DNA of 64,000 nt, from assembly GCA_000092065.1 (NCBI GenBank), contig CP000581.1, one strand, 5' to 3'. This DNA is from Ostreococcus lucimarinus (taxonomy: Eukaryota). Shown here piece after piece: positions 1 through 9,539 of this stretch (its first letter is position 1; each line of letters starts with the position of its first letter). Position numbers and translations under genes: made by a program. The notes beneath the pieces were generated by a model. The model searched no databases. It was not told where the DNA came from and worked only from the letters and a program-made list of their open reading frames with translations.

Positions 1-2
1 CG

Positions 3-1325
3 GTGGTGTTCCCGAGGGTGCCGCTGTTGCGTCTCGAGGGACCGCTCGCGACGGTGCAGTTGCTCGAGACGACGCTGCTGTGTCTCGTCAACTACGCCAG
101 TTTGTTGGCGACGAACGCGGCGAGGCATCGACTTGTGGCGGGGCAAAACGCGATGCTGCTCGAGTTTGGGTTGCGACGGGCGCAAGGGGTGGATGGAGGT
201 GTGAGCGCGAGTCGGTACGCGTACCTCGGCGGTTTCGACGCCACGAGCAACGTCGAGGCGGGACGACAGTTTGGGATTCCAATCAAGGGCACGCACGCGC
301 ACTCGTACGTGCAATCGCACGCGGGATGGGGTTGCGTGAAAAACCCCAAGCTAGTCGCCGCCGATGGCTCGGTGTGCGAAGACTTTCCCGCGCTCGTGTT
401 GGAAAAGATGAAGAGTTTAGAGGCGATTCGAGACGACATGGAAGTCGACTTGCGGTGGAGCGAGACGAACACGAGCGAGCTGGCCGCTTTCACATCGTAC
501 GCTCTCGCGTTTCCGAACGCGTTTTTGGCTCTCGTGGACACGTACAACGTTTTGCAAAGCGGTTTGCCAAACTTTTGCGCCGTCGCGTTGGCGCTTCGCG
601 AGCTGGGGTACGCCGCCGTGGGGATTCGGCTCGACAGCGGTGATTTGTCGTACCTCAGTAAGCGCTCGCGAGCGTTTTTGCGTAACATCGAACGTTTGCT
701 AGGGACGAAGATTGCGGATAACTTGAGCGCGGTGTCCATCACGGCGTCGAACGACATCCACGAGGAGGTGTTGTATTCGCTTCGCCAACACGGGCACGAG
801 ATTGATGCGTTCGGCATAGGCACGCATCTCGTCACGTGCTTGAAACAACCCGCACTGGGATGTGTGTACAAGCTCGTTGAAGTCGACGGAACGCCGCGAA
901 TCAAACTGAGCGAGGATATCGGCAAGGTGACGATTCCTGGGTGCAAGAATGGCTATCGCCTCTTTTCGCAGACGGGAGAAGCCATCGTAGACGTGATGAC
1001 GCGCGTGGGCGAGCCCGTACCGAAGGTTGGCGAACGGATGTTGTGTCGTCATCCGTTCATGGAGAGCAAACGCGCGTACGTCGTTCCATCCAAGGTGGCA
1101 CCATTGTTTGATTTAGTTTGGGACGGCGCGCGCGGCGTGGACCCGCAAGTAGATTTGAGTTTAGAAACCTCCCGCGCTCGATGCAAGGAGTCGATTCGTC
1201 AGCTGCGCGCGGACCATTTGCGGTACACCAATCCGACGCCGTACAAAGTGAGCGTGTCTGCGTCGCTGTACGATTTCATCCACGATTTGTGGCTCGCCGA
1301 GGCGCCCGTGGGCGAGTTGCGCTAG
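3..1325 (+). CDS. NAPRT: nicotinate phosphoribosyltransferase (NAPRTase), 5'-truncated by the window edge
   Basis: The ORF runs in from the window start. It contains the NAPRTase signature block YAYLGGFDATSNVEAGRQFGIPIKGTHAHSYVQ and normal, non-shadow amino-acid composition. The stop is at 1323-1325. Confidence 0.8.
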   Translation: MVFPRVPLLRLEGPLATVQLLETTLLCLVNYASLLATNAARHRLVAGQNAMLLEFGLRRAQGVDGGVSASRYAYLGGFDATSNVEAGRQFGIPIKGTHAHSYVQSHAGWGCVKNPKLVAADGSVCEDFPALVLEKMKSLEAIRDDMEVDLRWSETNTSELAAFTSYALAFPNAFLALVDTYNVLQSGLPNFCAVALALRELGYAAVGIRLDSGDLSYLSKRSRAFLRNIERLLGTKIADNLSAVSITASNDIHEEVLYSLRQHGHEIDAFGIGTHLVTCLKQPALGCVYKLVEVDGTPRIKLSEDIGKVTIPGCKNGYRLFSQTGEAIVDVMTRVGEPVPKVGERMLCRHPFMESKRAYVVPSKVAPLFDLVWDGARGVDPQVDLSLETSRARCKESIRQLRADHLRYTNPTPYKVSVSASLYDFIHDLWLAEAPVGELR

Positions 1326-1433
1326 CGGCGAACGAGGAAAACTATTAAATATAGGTTCATCATCTATTCGTTCTTCTTTGGTACTAAATGAATTGCTATG
1401 TGCTATCGAACACTCGTGTGTGTGTGTGTTCCA

Positions 1434-2702
1434 TCACTCGTCTTCGTCGTCCGTCGGCACCCATCGCGGCGCCGCTTGGCTCAGCGGTAAGATTTCTTCG
1501 TCGTGCCAGTCTTCGTCTTCCGAAGTCGTCGGCGAAGATTTGCCCCCCAACGCGCTCGTCTTGTTCTCGTCGTCGGTACCGATAGAAATCACTTCGGTGG
1601 TTTGCGTTTCGCCGCTTGCCTCTTCCTTTGCAGCCTTTTGTCTACTTCGAACTTCCTCGATGAGTCGAGCGAAGGTGGCGTCGCTCGTCTTCGCCGCCGC
1701 CGCCGTCGCCTTCTCCCTGCTCGTCGCCACCGTGTTGAACATGCGAGCTTTGGCGCCCGCACCTACCTTGCGCGCTTCTTCGCGATTGACTTCACGCGCG
1801 ATCGCGGGTAAATCCGGCACGCGTCCGTATCCTATGATGGAATTCACGCGCGTCGTGAACTCCTTGTGCCTCGCCTCGAGCATCTTTTTGTCGCCGTTGG
1901 ACGCCAAGCCTTCTTTTTTGCACAGCTCGCGTATCTTGTTCAACGTGAAGACGTGATACGCAAGCTTTGGCAGTCGACGCGTGAGAGCCGTCGACGTCGT
2001 TTCTTCAACCGAACGCGCGCGTTTCTTTGCGCCCCCCCCGCCCGGCGACGAAAGCGGTTCGTTGCGCACCAAACACGAGTTGAGATGAGAGTTAATCTCC
2101 CTCGACGGCACTTGCGCGCAACACACCGGACACGCGACGTTATCAGAACCGTCTCGCCTGTGCGCCGTCGGCGACGTTCCGAGCCCCCCATCCGTCGCGG
2201 AATCGCTCGCGTCGTTTCCGTCTCCGTCGTCGTCGCTTCCGTCGTCCAACACGATGGCCCCATCGTCTTCGAATTCGTCCGCCTGTTCGATCACCGGTCG
2301 AGCCACTTTCGCTCGCGACGTCCTCTCCGCGCGTCGTTGGCTCGTTTTCGTCGCCGCCGCCGTCCTCGCCGTCAACGCCGCGTCGAGGAGTTCGTCGCGA
2401 ATCTTTTTAAATCTCTCCACCACCTCCTCCAGCGCCTTCGCCGGGACTAAATCCGACTCCTCCGCCGGTTCGCGGCACGTCGGACACTTGTGCATCGTCG
2501 GCAGCGATCTTCGCGCGCAATCGGAGCAGAACGCGTGCTGACACGCGCGAAACGTCACCGGCATGGCGTAAAACTCGGCGCAAATCGCGCATCGCAGCGA
2601 CGCGTCGAAATCGCGCTGCGGCACCGTCGGCCACGCCTCGGCGACGTCCGAGTGCTTCGGTTTCGCGCTCGCGAACGCCGACGCGATCGTTCGACGCGAC
2701 AT
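1434..2702 (-). CDS. RAD18: RAD18-like post-replication repair E3 ubiquitin ligase (RING + UBZ zinc finger + SAP)
   Basis: There is an N-terminal C3HC4 RING (CAICAEFYAMPVTFRACQHAFCSDCARRSLPTMHKCPTCR). A UBZ-type finger follows (CPVCCAQVPSREINSHLNSCL), then a SAP motif (LPKLAYHVFTLNKIRELCKKEGL). This order matches RAD18. The ORF 5' end was trimmed from 2855 to the ATG at 2700-2702 (MSRRTIAS...), because the RING lies near the N-terminus in RAD18; the exact start is uncertain. Confidence 0.65.
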   Translation of the reverse strand: MSRRTIASAFASAKPKHSDVAEAWPTVPQRDFDASLRCAICAEFYAMPVTFRACQHAFCSDCARRSLPTMHKCPTCREPAEESDLVPAKALEEVVERFKKIRDELLDAALTARTAAATKTSQRRAERTSRAKVARPVIEQADEFEDDGAIVLDDGSDDDGDGNDASDSATDGGLGTSPTAHRRDGSDNVACPVCCAQVPSREINSHLNSCLVRNEPLSSPGGGGAKKRARSVEETTSTALTRRLPKLAYHVFTLNKIRELCKKEGLASNGDKKMLEARHKEFTTRVNSIIGYGRVPDLPAIAREVNREEARKVGAGAKARMFNTVATSREKATAAAAKTSDATFARLIEEVRSRQKAAKEEASGETQTTEVISIGTDDENKTSALGGKSSPTTSEDEDWHDEEILPLSQAAPRWVPTDDEDE

Positions 2703-2886
2703 CGCGCGCGGGAGACTGGCGCGACGGCGCGGGAAGCGAGCGCTCGGGCGTCGGTCCCCTCGTCGTCGAAACAAACAACCCGTAACTTTGCGCGCGCGCC
2801 CGATTTTGCCAGGTGCCCGGATCTTTATGCGTTCTCCACCTATCTGATGGCGCATAACGGCGTATAATGCGACGTTTACCGCGATC

Positions 2887-2902
2887 GGGGTCGTAGCTCA
2901 AA

Positions 2903-2944
<42 letters not shown>

Positions 2945-2959
2945 TACTTGGCGACTCCA
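2887..2959 (+). tRNA. tRNA-Ala (anticodon AGC)
   Basis: It folds as a cloverleaf. The acceptor stem is GGGGTCG/CGACTCC and contains the G3:U70 alanine identity pair. The D arm is GCTC-AAATGGTA-GAGC. The anticodon stem is CGCGC/GCGCG with loop TTAGCAT, giving anticodon AGC. The T arm is CCGAG-ATCGATA-CTTGG, and the discriminator is A. The GGTACCGxGATCGATAC variant T-arm is known from some eukaryotic tRNA-Ala genes. No CCA is encoded. Confidence 0.85.
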
Positions 2960-3474
2960 TGCGGCGAAGGATGTCCGGACATCCTAAACGCATCTTTTTT
3001 TTGGGCGAACGGTTGTCGTTGACATCGCGCCGAAGCGGTACGTCCGCGCGCTGACGACGCTCGCGCGCGCTCGCGAGTCCGAGCGCACTTTTTGTTCCTG
3101 TATGGGCTTCTTTTCGCTTCACTCATATTTTGCAGTTTGTTTTCCTATCACTTTTATACCTCCTCAATGCTTACTGGTAATCACTGTGGTACCACACCCA
3201 GTTGTCGGACATTTTTAGAGAGATCAAGAGGACGCGGAGATGTTCGCCGCAAAGCGCGCGTAGAAGCCGCCCGATACGCGCGCTGCTCATACATTGATTG
3301 CGTGGTACGCATCGTCGATCGATATCGATGGTCTCCATGTTACAAGGTGTATCGCCGCTAAAGGTGTCGTCGTCGTCCGTTCGTCGTTCGCTCGGCTCGA
3401 TCGAGTCCCGCGTCTGAAAACCGACGCTCCGGTCGAATCACGACCGCGACGACGACGGTTATTGCTTTCGTCTT

Positions 3475-4031
3475 CTAATGATGCCCACCTCCCGGCACGC
3501 GCTTGTGCACGAACCACTCGGAACCGATGAGCATCGGCGGCGCGCCTTCCTCGAGGCGTCCCCAGTGAATGATGGAGTCGTCGTCCGGATCGGGCGAGCC
3601 CACGACGCGATACTCCATCGTCGACTCCACCACGCACGGCGATTCTTTCGTCCCCGTCGGCGCGCGCAAAAATGCGTGATGATCGAAGATATCTTCCCCC
3701 TTGAGCCGCCCCTCGAGCTCCGCCTTGTACAAACCCGTGGCGTTTTCCAAGTTGGTCACCACGCCCCCCCCGCTGTACGCCCGCGCGGACGTCCCGAGCG
3801 CGGCCTGCGCGCGTGCACCGCGACCGCGCGTTCACCGTCAGTCTCGCGCTCGCGTCGCGATCACCACCGCGCGTCTTCGCGCGCCGCGTTCGCGCTTTCG
3901 CGCGCGTCGAATCGATCGTTCGATCGAGTCGCGCGCGGCGTTCCCCCGTCGTCGTCGCGCGCGCGCGCGCGTCGTCGTCGTCGCACCTCGACCCGCCGGC
4001 GCGTCACCGCCATGATCGATCGTCGAAGCAT
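3475..4031 (-). CDS. COX5B: cytochrome c oxidase subunit 5b (COX5B / yeast COX4 family), two exons: join(3475..3804, 3987..4031)
   Basis: Exon 2 (95-aa track ORF plus upstream in-frame AALGTSARAYSGGG) aligns with plant COX5b: ELEGRLKGEDIFDHHAFLRAPTGTKESPCVVESTMEYRVVGSP...IHWGRLEEG...WFVHKRVPGGGHH vs Arabidopsis ELEGKKRFDMDAPVGPFGTKEAPAVVKSYYDKRIVGCPGG...VWFWLEKG...YFEL...GPGG..HHH. No ATG lies in frame upstream. A donor GAG|GTGCGA at 3986/3987 and an acceptor cgcgcgcag|G at 3804/3805 join a 15-codon first exon (MLRRSIMAVTRRRVE, ATG at 4029-4031), which looks like a mitochondrial presequence. The branch-like motif gagactgacg lies 33 nt before the AG. The first exon is the weaker part of the model. 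Confidence 0.6.
3805..3986 (-). other. spliceosomal intron of COX5B (182 nt)
   Basis: Donor GTGCGA and acceptor cgcgcgcag on the minus strand, with branch-like GACTGAC 33 nt upstream of the AG. It is phase 0. The spliced reading frame matches COX5b homology. Confidence 0.5.
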
Positions 4032-4057
4032 CGCGATCGTCGTCGCGCGTCGCCGTC

Positions 4058-4096
4058 CGCCGTCGCGTCGCGTCGCGTCGCGTCGTCGCGTCGCCG
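4058..4096. repeat. short pentanucleotide-like tandem repeat (GTCGC/CGTCG)n in the COX5B-RPS13 intergenic region
   Basis: The sequence cgccgtcgcgtcgcgtcgcgtcgcgtcgtcgcgtcgcc is seen directly. It lies between the divergent COX5B start (4031, minus) and the RPS13 start (4349, plus). Confidence 0.4.
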
Positions 4097-4348
4097 TCGT
4101 CGGCCCGACGCCCCCGAGTCCCCCGATCGTCGAGTCACGAACGGTCGAATCGCGCGAAAATCACGAAATGCCGTCCTGTATTTTTTCCGTCGGGAGGTCA
4201 CGCCCAAAGCCCTAAAACGCGAGCGCGATCGCGCGGCGCGCGAATCCGTCTTTTCGCGACGCGCCGTGTCGGTGAACGCTCGATCCGTCGCTCGTAAACG
4301 ACGCTTGATACTCTCGCACACCGCGCGACGTAACTCAAATCTCTCGAC

Positions 4349-4807
4349 ATGGGTCGCATGCACACGCCCGGGAAGGGCATGTCCGGCTCCGCCTTGCCCT
4401 ACAAGCGCTCGGCGCCGAGCTGGTTGAAGGTCACGCCGACGGAGGTGACGGAGATGATCACCAAGATGGCGAAGAAGGGCATGACGCCGTCGCAGATCGG
4501 CGTGGCGCTGCGCGATAACCACGGCATCGCGCAGGTGAGCTCGGTGACGAACTCGAAGGTTTTGCGAATCTTGCGGGGGCAAGGGCTCGCGCCGGGGATT
4601 CCGGAAGATCTTTATTGTTTGATCAAGAAGGCGGTGAGCGTGCGCAAGCACTTGGAGCGCAACCGTAAGGATATGGACTCCAAGTTCCGCTTGATTCTCA
4701 TCGAATCTCGCATTCACCGCTTGGCGCGATACTACAAGCTCGCCAAGAAGCTCGAGCCGTCGTTCAAGTACAACTCGGCGAGCGCCGCGACGCTCTTGAC
4801 GACGTAA
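4349..4807 (+). CDS. RPS13: 40S ribosomal protein S13 (uS15), single exon
   Basis: The 151 aa are near-identical along the full length to eukaryotic RPS13: [28 protein letters not shown]...[19 protein letters not shown]. The start is an ATG. Confidence 0.9.
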   Translation: MGRMHTPGKGMSGSALPYKRSAPSWLKVTPTEVTEMITKMAKKGMTPSQIGVALRDNHGIAQVSSVTNSKVLRILRGQGLAPGIPEDLYCLIKKAVSVRKHLERNRKDMDSKFRLILIESRIHRLARYYKLAKKLEPSFKYNSASAATLLTT

Positions 4808-5068
4808 ACTTAGCACACGGAGGAACGGGAAACGGAGGAAGAGAAGATGTCTTAGGTTGTAAAGATCATCCATCTTTGAGTCATTACATTTTTCGCGTCA
4901 TCGTTCTCACGCGCGCGCTCTGGGCGTTTGAATGGCGCGTCGGAGCGCAATCCAATCCTAAAACACCGCACAACTTAGCGCGCATCGTCGCCCGCGCGTC
5001 GCGTCGCGCGAGTCTCGATCGAGTCGCCGCGCGATTAAGCGACGCGTCGTCATCGCGTCGTCGTCGCG

Positions 5069-7519
5069 ATGTCGACGACGCGAAGAAGCGCGCGATTGGG
5101 CTCGATGGCGAAAGATTCCGATGCCGAAACGTCCGGCGCGACGGTGGCGCTGAGCGATGCGCCCGTGGTGCGACGACGCGCGAGCGCACAGCGTAAACGC
5201 GAACGCTCGCCTGAAACGACGGAGGTGGCGCAGTCGAGCGCGAGATCGCGACCGCAGAGCTCTCGGCGGGCGTTGGCGTCGACGGCGAAGGCGGCGCGCG
5301 CGGCGGCGAGAAAGATGAAGGAAGCGGACGGTGATGGCGAGCACGACGACGATGACGTTCAAGGCACCGCTGGTGAAACCTCGGATGATCCCATGGAGAT
5401 CGTCCGCACGGATGGTGCGCTGGTGAACGCGTACGAGGCGACGAACATGGTTAAATCGGCGCTCGTTGCTGAATTCGAACGCCGAGGGGAAAAATTGATC
5501 GAGCTCGAGCGCGAGGCGCACGCGTTGAAACAGAAAACGAAGAGCGCGGAATCACTGTTAGCGGCGACGACGGCGGAGGTGGAGTCTTTGCGCGAGATGA
5601 AGTCAGATCATGAAAAGAGCAAGGTTGCGATGCGAGAGGAACTCGCCGAGGAGCGACAGGCGAACATGTTGGCGCTCGAGCGCGAGGTCGGACGCGCGTG
5701 CGAGGCAGAATCGCGCGTTAAAACGTTAGCCGAAGAGTTGTCCGCGATGAAAGAAACTTTGGCTGCGATCGAACGCGAACGTGCGGAGGATTCCGCTGAA
5801 GACGACGCCGAGCGCTATCCGAGCGATTTCGCGGAGAAAAACGCCGAGTTGGAGTACTCCGTCGCGTGTTTACAGGACGAAGTTTCGAATCTTAAGAAGG
5901 AAAATGTGTCTTTACAAGCACGCTTTCAAACGGTCGAGGCTGAGCGCGTGGAGGTGACGACGCGCGCGGAGCAAGCCGAAGAGGCGCTTCGCGAGTGCGA
6001 ATCCTTGGTGGCGCAGGCGGAAGCCACGGTGCTGGACATTAGAAGAGAAGCGGATGACGCCAAGCTCGCGCGAGGCGCGGATGGCGACGAAGAATCGAGT
6101 AAGATTATCGAAGACTTACGAGGGATGAACAGGACTTTACAAGAAGAGCTCAGAGTCGCGACTCGAGAAGCGGCGGAGGTGAAGACGTTGCGTCGCAAAG
6201 CTGAGTTCGCGGCGACGTGCGAAGAGCGCGCCATGGCTGCGGAATCGCGCGCGCTTCGCGCCGAGGCGAGCGTGATCGATACGTCATCTTTACAAGCACG
6301 ACTTTCAAAGCTCGAGTATCTCGAAAACGATTGGGCGTCAGTCATCGATCGTTTGTCGCCGGGGAGCGTAAAGGTGCCGTCAGATCTCGTCGAGCGCGTC
6401 ATCTCGCTCGAGACGCGTCTCACGTCGCAGACTGGCGAACAAGGAAAGATGATGTCCGATCTTGCGCAAGCTCAAATGAAAGAAACTGCGGCTACGCGTC
6501 GGGCCACCGAGGCCGAGGAAAAGTATCAGAAAATTGAATCCAGCGCCTCAAGCGCCGTCGAGGCGCTCGCCGTGGCGGAGCGTCAAATCGCGATGATGAA
6601 GGGGCAAGTCGAGAGCTTGAATAGAATCGTTAAGTCCTACGAAGACGAAGGTAACGCCGCGGCGGCAAGGAAATCGACTGAAAAGGAGAAATCCAAGGCT
6701 GCGTCCGATCGTGCGATGAAGGAGCTCGAAAAGCTACTCGCCCACGCGAAGGAACGAATCGCCGTGCTCGACGGCGAGTTGAGCGAAGCCAAGACGCGAG
6801 CCGAAACCGCCGAAGCCGCCGCGACAGCCGCGGCCGCGGCGTTGCCGGTGGAGAACCCAGTGACTCTTGCGCGCATCGAAACGCTCGAACGCGAGCGCGA
6901 AGAGCTGTTAGAGCGACTGAAAAGAGAGAGCGCACAGGAAGATGACTCTAAAGCCTTGAAGGTGCTTCACTTCAAATCCAACCCCGTCGCCTCGGCGATG
7001 CGAAGCGCGTTGGAAAAAGAAGTCGAATCGCTGCGAAGCGAAGCCGCTGGCTTGCGTGAGGCGTTGTCCAAGTTACAACAAGGTTCGGTAAGCTCCGCGA
7101 GCGAGGCCGACATGACCGTGATGAAGCGAAAATTGGAAGATTTGCAAAAGCGCGAACAGCGCCTGATGACTGTGTTCAAGCGTCAAATCTCCGCCTTTCG
7201 CGAGGCGTGCCACAAAATCTTTGGCTACAAGATTGAAATGAACGAAGACGCCGGCGCGTGTACGTTCACGCTCACTTCCGATTACGCCACTAACCCCACC
7301 GACGCCTTCGCGTTCAAGTACGACGATAAATCCAGCACGGTATCGCTCAAAGAAACCCCCTTCGTCGCCGCGCCGGAGATTCGGCGCAGCGTCGAAACCT
7401 TCGTCACGCGCATGCGTTCCATCCCAGCCTTCATCGCCAACCACACCATCGAGACCTTCAATCAACGCGACGACGACGTCGACGTCGACGACGACGGCGT
7501 CGACGCCATGGACGCGTGA
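5069..7519 (+). CDS. MAD1: spindle-assembly-checkpoint protein MAD1-like (long coiled coil + Mad1 C-terminal domain)
   Basis: The 816-aa ORF has an extended E/K/A/L-rich coiled coil. The C-terminus resembles the MAD1 C-terminal domain: VLHFKSNPVASAMRSALEKEVESLRSEAAGLREAL...MTVMKRKLEDLQKREQRLMTVFKRQISAFREACHKIFGYKIEM...FTLTSDYATNPTDAFAFKYD. The identification is recalled from memory. Confidence 0.6.
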   Translation: MSTTRRSARLGSMAKDSDAETSGATVALSDAPVVRRRASAQRKRERSPETTEVAQSSARSRPQSSRRALASTAKAARAAARKMKEADGDGEHDDDDVQGTAGETSDDPMEIVRTDGALVNAYEATNMVKSALVAEFERRGEKLIELEREAHALKQKTKSAESLLAATTAEVESLREMKSDHEKSKVAMREELAEERQANMLALEREVGRACEAESRVKTLAEELSAMKETLAAIERERAEDSAEDDAERYPSDFAEKNAELEYSVACLQDEVSNLKKENVSLQARFQTVEAERVEVTTRAEQAEEALRECESLVAQAEATVLDIRREADDAKLARGADGDEESSKIIEDLRGMNRTLQEELRVATREAAEVKTLRRKAEFAATCEERAMAAESRALRAEASVIDTSSLQARLSKLEYLENDWASVIDRLSPGSVKVPSDLVERVISLETRLTSQTGEQGKMMSDLAQAQMKETAATRRATEAEEKYQKIESSASSAVEALAVAERQIAMMKGQVESLNRIVKSYEDEGNAAAARKSTEKEKSKAASDRAMKELEKLLAHAKERIAVLDGELSEAKTRAETAEAAATAAAAALPVENPVTLARIETLEREREELLERLKRESAQEDDSKALKVLHFKSNPVASAMRSALEKEVESLRSEAAGLREALSKLQQGSVSSASEADMTVMKRKLEDLQKREQRLMTVFKRQISAFREACHKIFGYKIEMNEDAGACTFTLTSDYATNPTDAFAFKYDDKSSTVSLKETPFVAAPEIRRSVETFVTRMRSIPAFIANHTIETFNQRDDDVDVDDDGVDAMDA

Positions 7520-7616
7520 TCACCGCTCATAGTTTATAGCGCGGCGCCTCGAGCGCCGCTGTAAGACGCGCGCGCACGCCACATCCGCTCGCGTTCGATC
7601 GTCCTCGCGCGCGTCC

Positions 7617-8396
7617 ATGTTCGCCCTCGCGCCCGCGTTCGCGCCTCGCGCGCCCGCGTCTGGCGCGCCTCGCGCGTCTGGCGCGCGTCGCGTCGTCGTC
7701 GCGCGCGCCGCCGCGCCGTCGCCGTCGTCGTCGTCGTCGTCGCGTCGCGTCGCGCTCGCGCTCGCGTCGTCGCTCGCGGCGTTCCTGCGCCCGCGCGCGA
7801 GCGACGCGGCGTACGGCACGAGCGCCGGGGGTTCGAGCGACACCGACGCGAGCGACTTGACGTGGGGCACGTTCTACGGCGCGGCGAACCCGCCGGCGAC
7901 GTACGGGACCACGGGCGGGACGACGAAGTCGCTGGCGAAGTACTCGTACGACGTGCCGAGCTCGTGGGTCGAGGAAGCGACGACGAAGGTGGAGAAGGGA
8001 AGCGGCGGACAAGACTCTCGATGGGTGAAGAGAGGCTCGCGAGGAGAGGAAAAAGCGTACCTGCTGACGCTGAACAGGGCGGGTCAGGATGGGGCGGCGT
8101 TCGAGCTCACGGACGCGTCGCTGCAAGCCGTGGCGGGAGCGCTCAGCGAGATGCAAGATTCGATCGCGTCGGGACGCGTGACGAGTCGACGCGATACCGA
8201 GGACGGTAGGGAGTACGCGCTGTTCGATGTCGACGCCGATCGAAAGTACACGGTGAAGATCTCGATCGACAACACCGGGAGACTGTTCGCGTTCGTCGTC
8301 ACGGCGCCGGCTTCGCAGTTTAATCGCGATAAAAAGGTGCTCGATAGAATGGTGGATTCGTTTCGGATTTACACCAGCGCGTCTCAGTTTGTGTAA
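7617..8396 (+). CDS. PsbP-like / PsbP-domain thylakoid-lumen protein with twin-arginine signal
   Basis: The N-terminus looks like an Ala/Ser-rich transit peptide, followed by RRVALALASSLAAFLRPRA, which resembles an RR TAT signal. The PsbP-fold pattern is present: KYSYDVPSSWVEEA...EKAYLLTLNRAG ... RKYTVKISIDNTGRLFAFVVTAPASQFNRDKKVLDRMVDSFRIY. Confidence 0.5.
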   Translation: MFALAPAFAPRAPASGAPRASGARRVVVARAAAPSPSSSSSSRRVALALASSLAAFLRPRASDAAYGTSAGGSSDTDASDLTWGTFYGAANPPATYGTTGGTTKSLAKYSYDVPSSWVEEATTKVEKGSGGQDSRWVKRGSRGEEKAYLLTLNRAGQDGAAFELTDASLQAVAGALSEMQDSIASGRVTSRRDTEDGREYALFDVDADRKYTVKISIDNTGRLFAFVVTAPASQFNRDKKVLDRMVDSFRIYTSASQFV

Positions 8397-8444
8397 CATC
8401 GTCAAGAGTTTGTGTAAACGGTGCGCGGCTATTGTTGTTACGTT

Positions 8445-9380
8445 TCATCGTCGCCAGAGATCGAGCGGAACGTATTCGCGATCGGAATCGACGCGAAGCG
8501 GAATCTGCTCCAAGCCGTATTTTTCGCACAACGCGTCTGTGAGAAACGTCCCCGCGACGACGTGCGTTTGCGCCATGCGCTTCACGCGAGGTCGCGGTTC
8601 GCCGCGCGCGGGATCGTCCAACGTCGCGCAGCACTGCTTCGGCGCCGTGAGCGAGACGAGCAAGTCGGGGACGAAGATGTCGCCGTCGTCTGGCGCGCCC
8701 GCGTCGACGTCCCAACCGCTCGGAATGTCCAAGCTCACCGTGAACGTCTCGCGCGCGTCCCCGTTCGTGAGCGCGACCAACGCGTTCAAAACATTCACGA
8801 ACGGCGCTCGCACGGCGCCTTTGAATGAAAAACCAAACAGAGCGTCGACGAAACATCGCGGCGTCGCCGCCGCCGACGTCGCGCGCTCCCGCATCATCCC
8901 CAACACCGCGTCCTCGTCCACGAACTCCACGTTCGCCGTCTCTCGACACTCTCTCACCAACTCGCCGTACAATTCGTTCGTCCCCGCCCCCTTCGGGTAC
9001 CACACCGACACCCGCGCGTCTCTTCGCCGCGTCGCGACCTCTCGCGCCAGCGCCAAACCGTCCCCTCCGTTGTTCCCCGGTCCGCACAGCACCACGAAAT
9101 CCGTCCCCCCGAACGCGTCCAACGTCGCCGTCGCCGCCGCGCGTCCCGCCGCGCGCATCAGCGCCTCCAACGACCGCGCCTCGCACGCGCGTCCCGCCGT
9201 CAAGTCCTCGTCCAACCGCCTCGCCGCGTCGCTCGTCAAAAACGCGCCGTCGCGCGCGCGTCGCGCCCGCGCCGGCGTCCCGGACGCGCCGCGCGTCCGC
9301 ATCCGCGCGCGCGCCGCCGCGCGCGCGCGCGCGATCGCCGTCGCCGTCGCCGCGCGCGCGCGCGCGTCGCGCGATGCCAT
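8445..9380 (-). CDS. NAXE: NAD(P)H-hydrate epimerase (YjeF_N domain; NAXE/AIBP-like)
   Basis: YjeF_N hallmark VVLCGPGNNGGDGLALAREV, followed by conserved blocks ending ...LVSLTAPK. The ORF 5' end was trimmed from 9599 to the ATG at 9378-9380 (MASRDARARAATAT..., a presequence-like N-terminus). The start is uncertain; another Met lies 26 codons downstream. Confidence 0.7.
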   Translation of the reverse strand: MASRDARARAATATAIARARAAARARMRTRGASGTPARARRARDGAFLTSDAARRLDEDLTAGRACEARSLEALMRAAGRAAATATLDAFGGTDFVVLCGPGNNGGDGLALAREVATRRRDARVSVWYPKGAGTNELYGELVRECRETANVEFVDEDAVLGMMRERATSAAATPRCFVDALFGFSFKGAVRAPFVNVLNALVALTNGDARETFTVSLDIPSGWDVDAGAPDDGDIFVPDLLVSLTAPKQCCATLDDPARGEPRPRVKRMAQTHVVAGTFLTDALCEKYGLEQIPLRVDSDREYVPLDLWRR

Positions 9381-9539
9381 CGATCGCGTCGTCGATCGAT
9401 CGATCGCCCGCCAACCTCGATCGCGGTTCGCCGACGCCGGGTTCGCGAACCTCGATTTTCGCCCCGCGCGGTGGCGCGCGGGGCGGTGCGACGCGTCGGC
9501 GCGCGGTGCGACGCGCGTCACAACACGCGCGACGCCGCG

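Noticed and set aside
80-946. ORFs 80..643(+), 88..282(-), 92..946(-) and 699..1052(-) overlapping the NAPRT gene
   Set aside because: Their composition is Arg/Ala/Ser/Pro-rich, the wrong-frame signature of high-GC coding DNA. The NAPRT frame is the only one with recognisable homology.
3287-4873. ORFs 3287..3835(-), 3478..4215(+), 3701..4015(+), 3813..4427(+), 4004..4873(-) and 4198..4380(-) in the COX5B-RPS13 region
   Set aside because: They are Arg-rich shadows of the COX5B exon 2 and RPS13 frames, or they translate the GC-rich intergenic spacer. None has normal composition or recognisable motifs.
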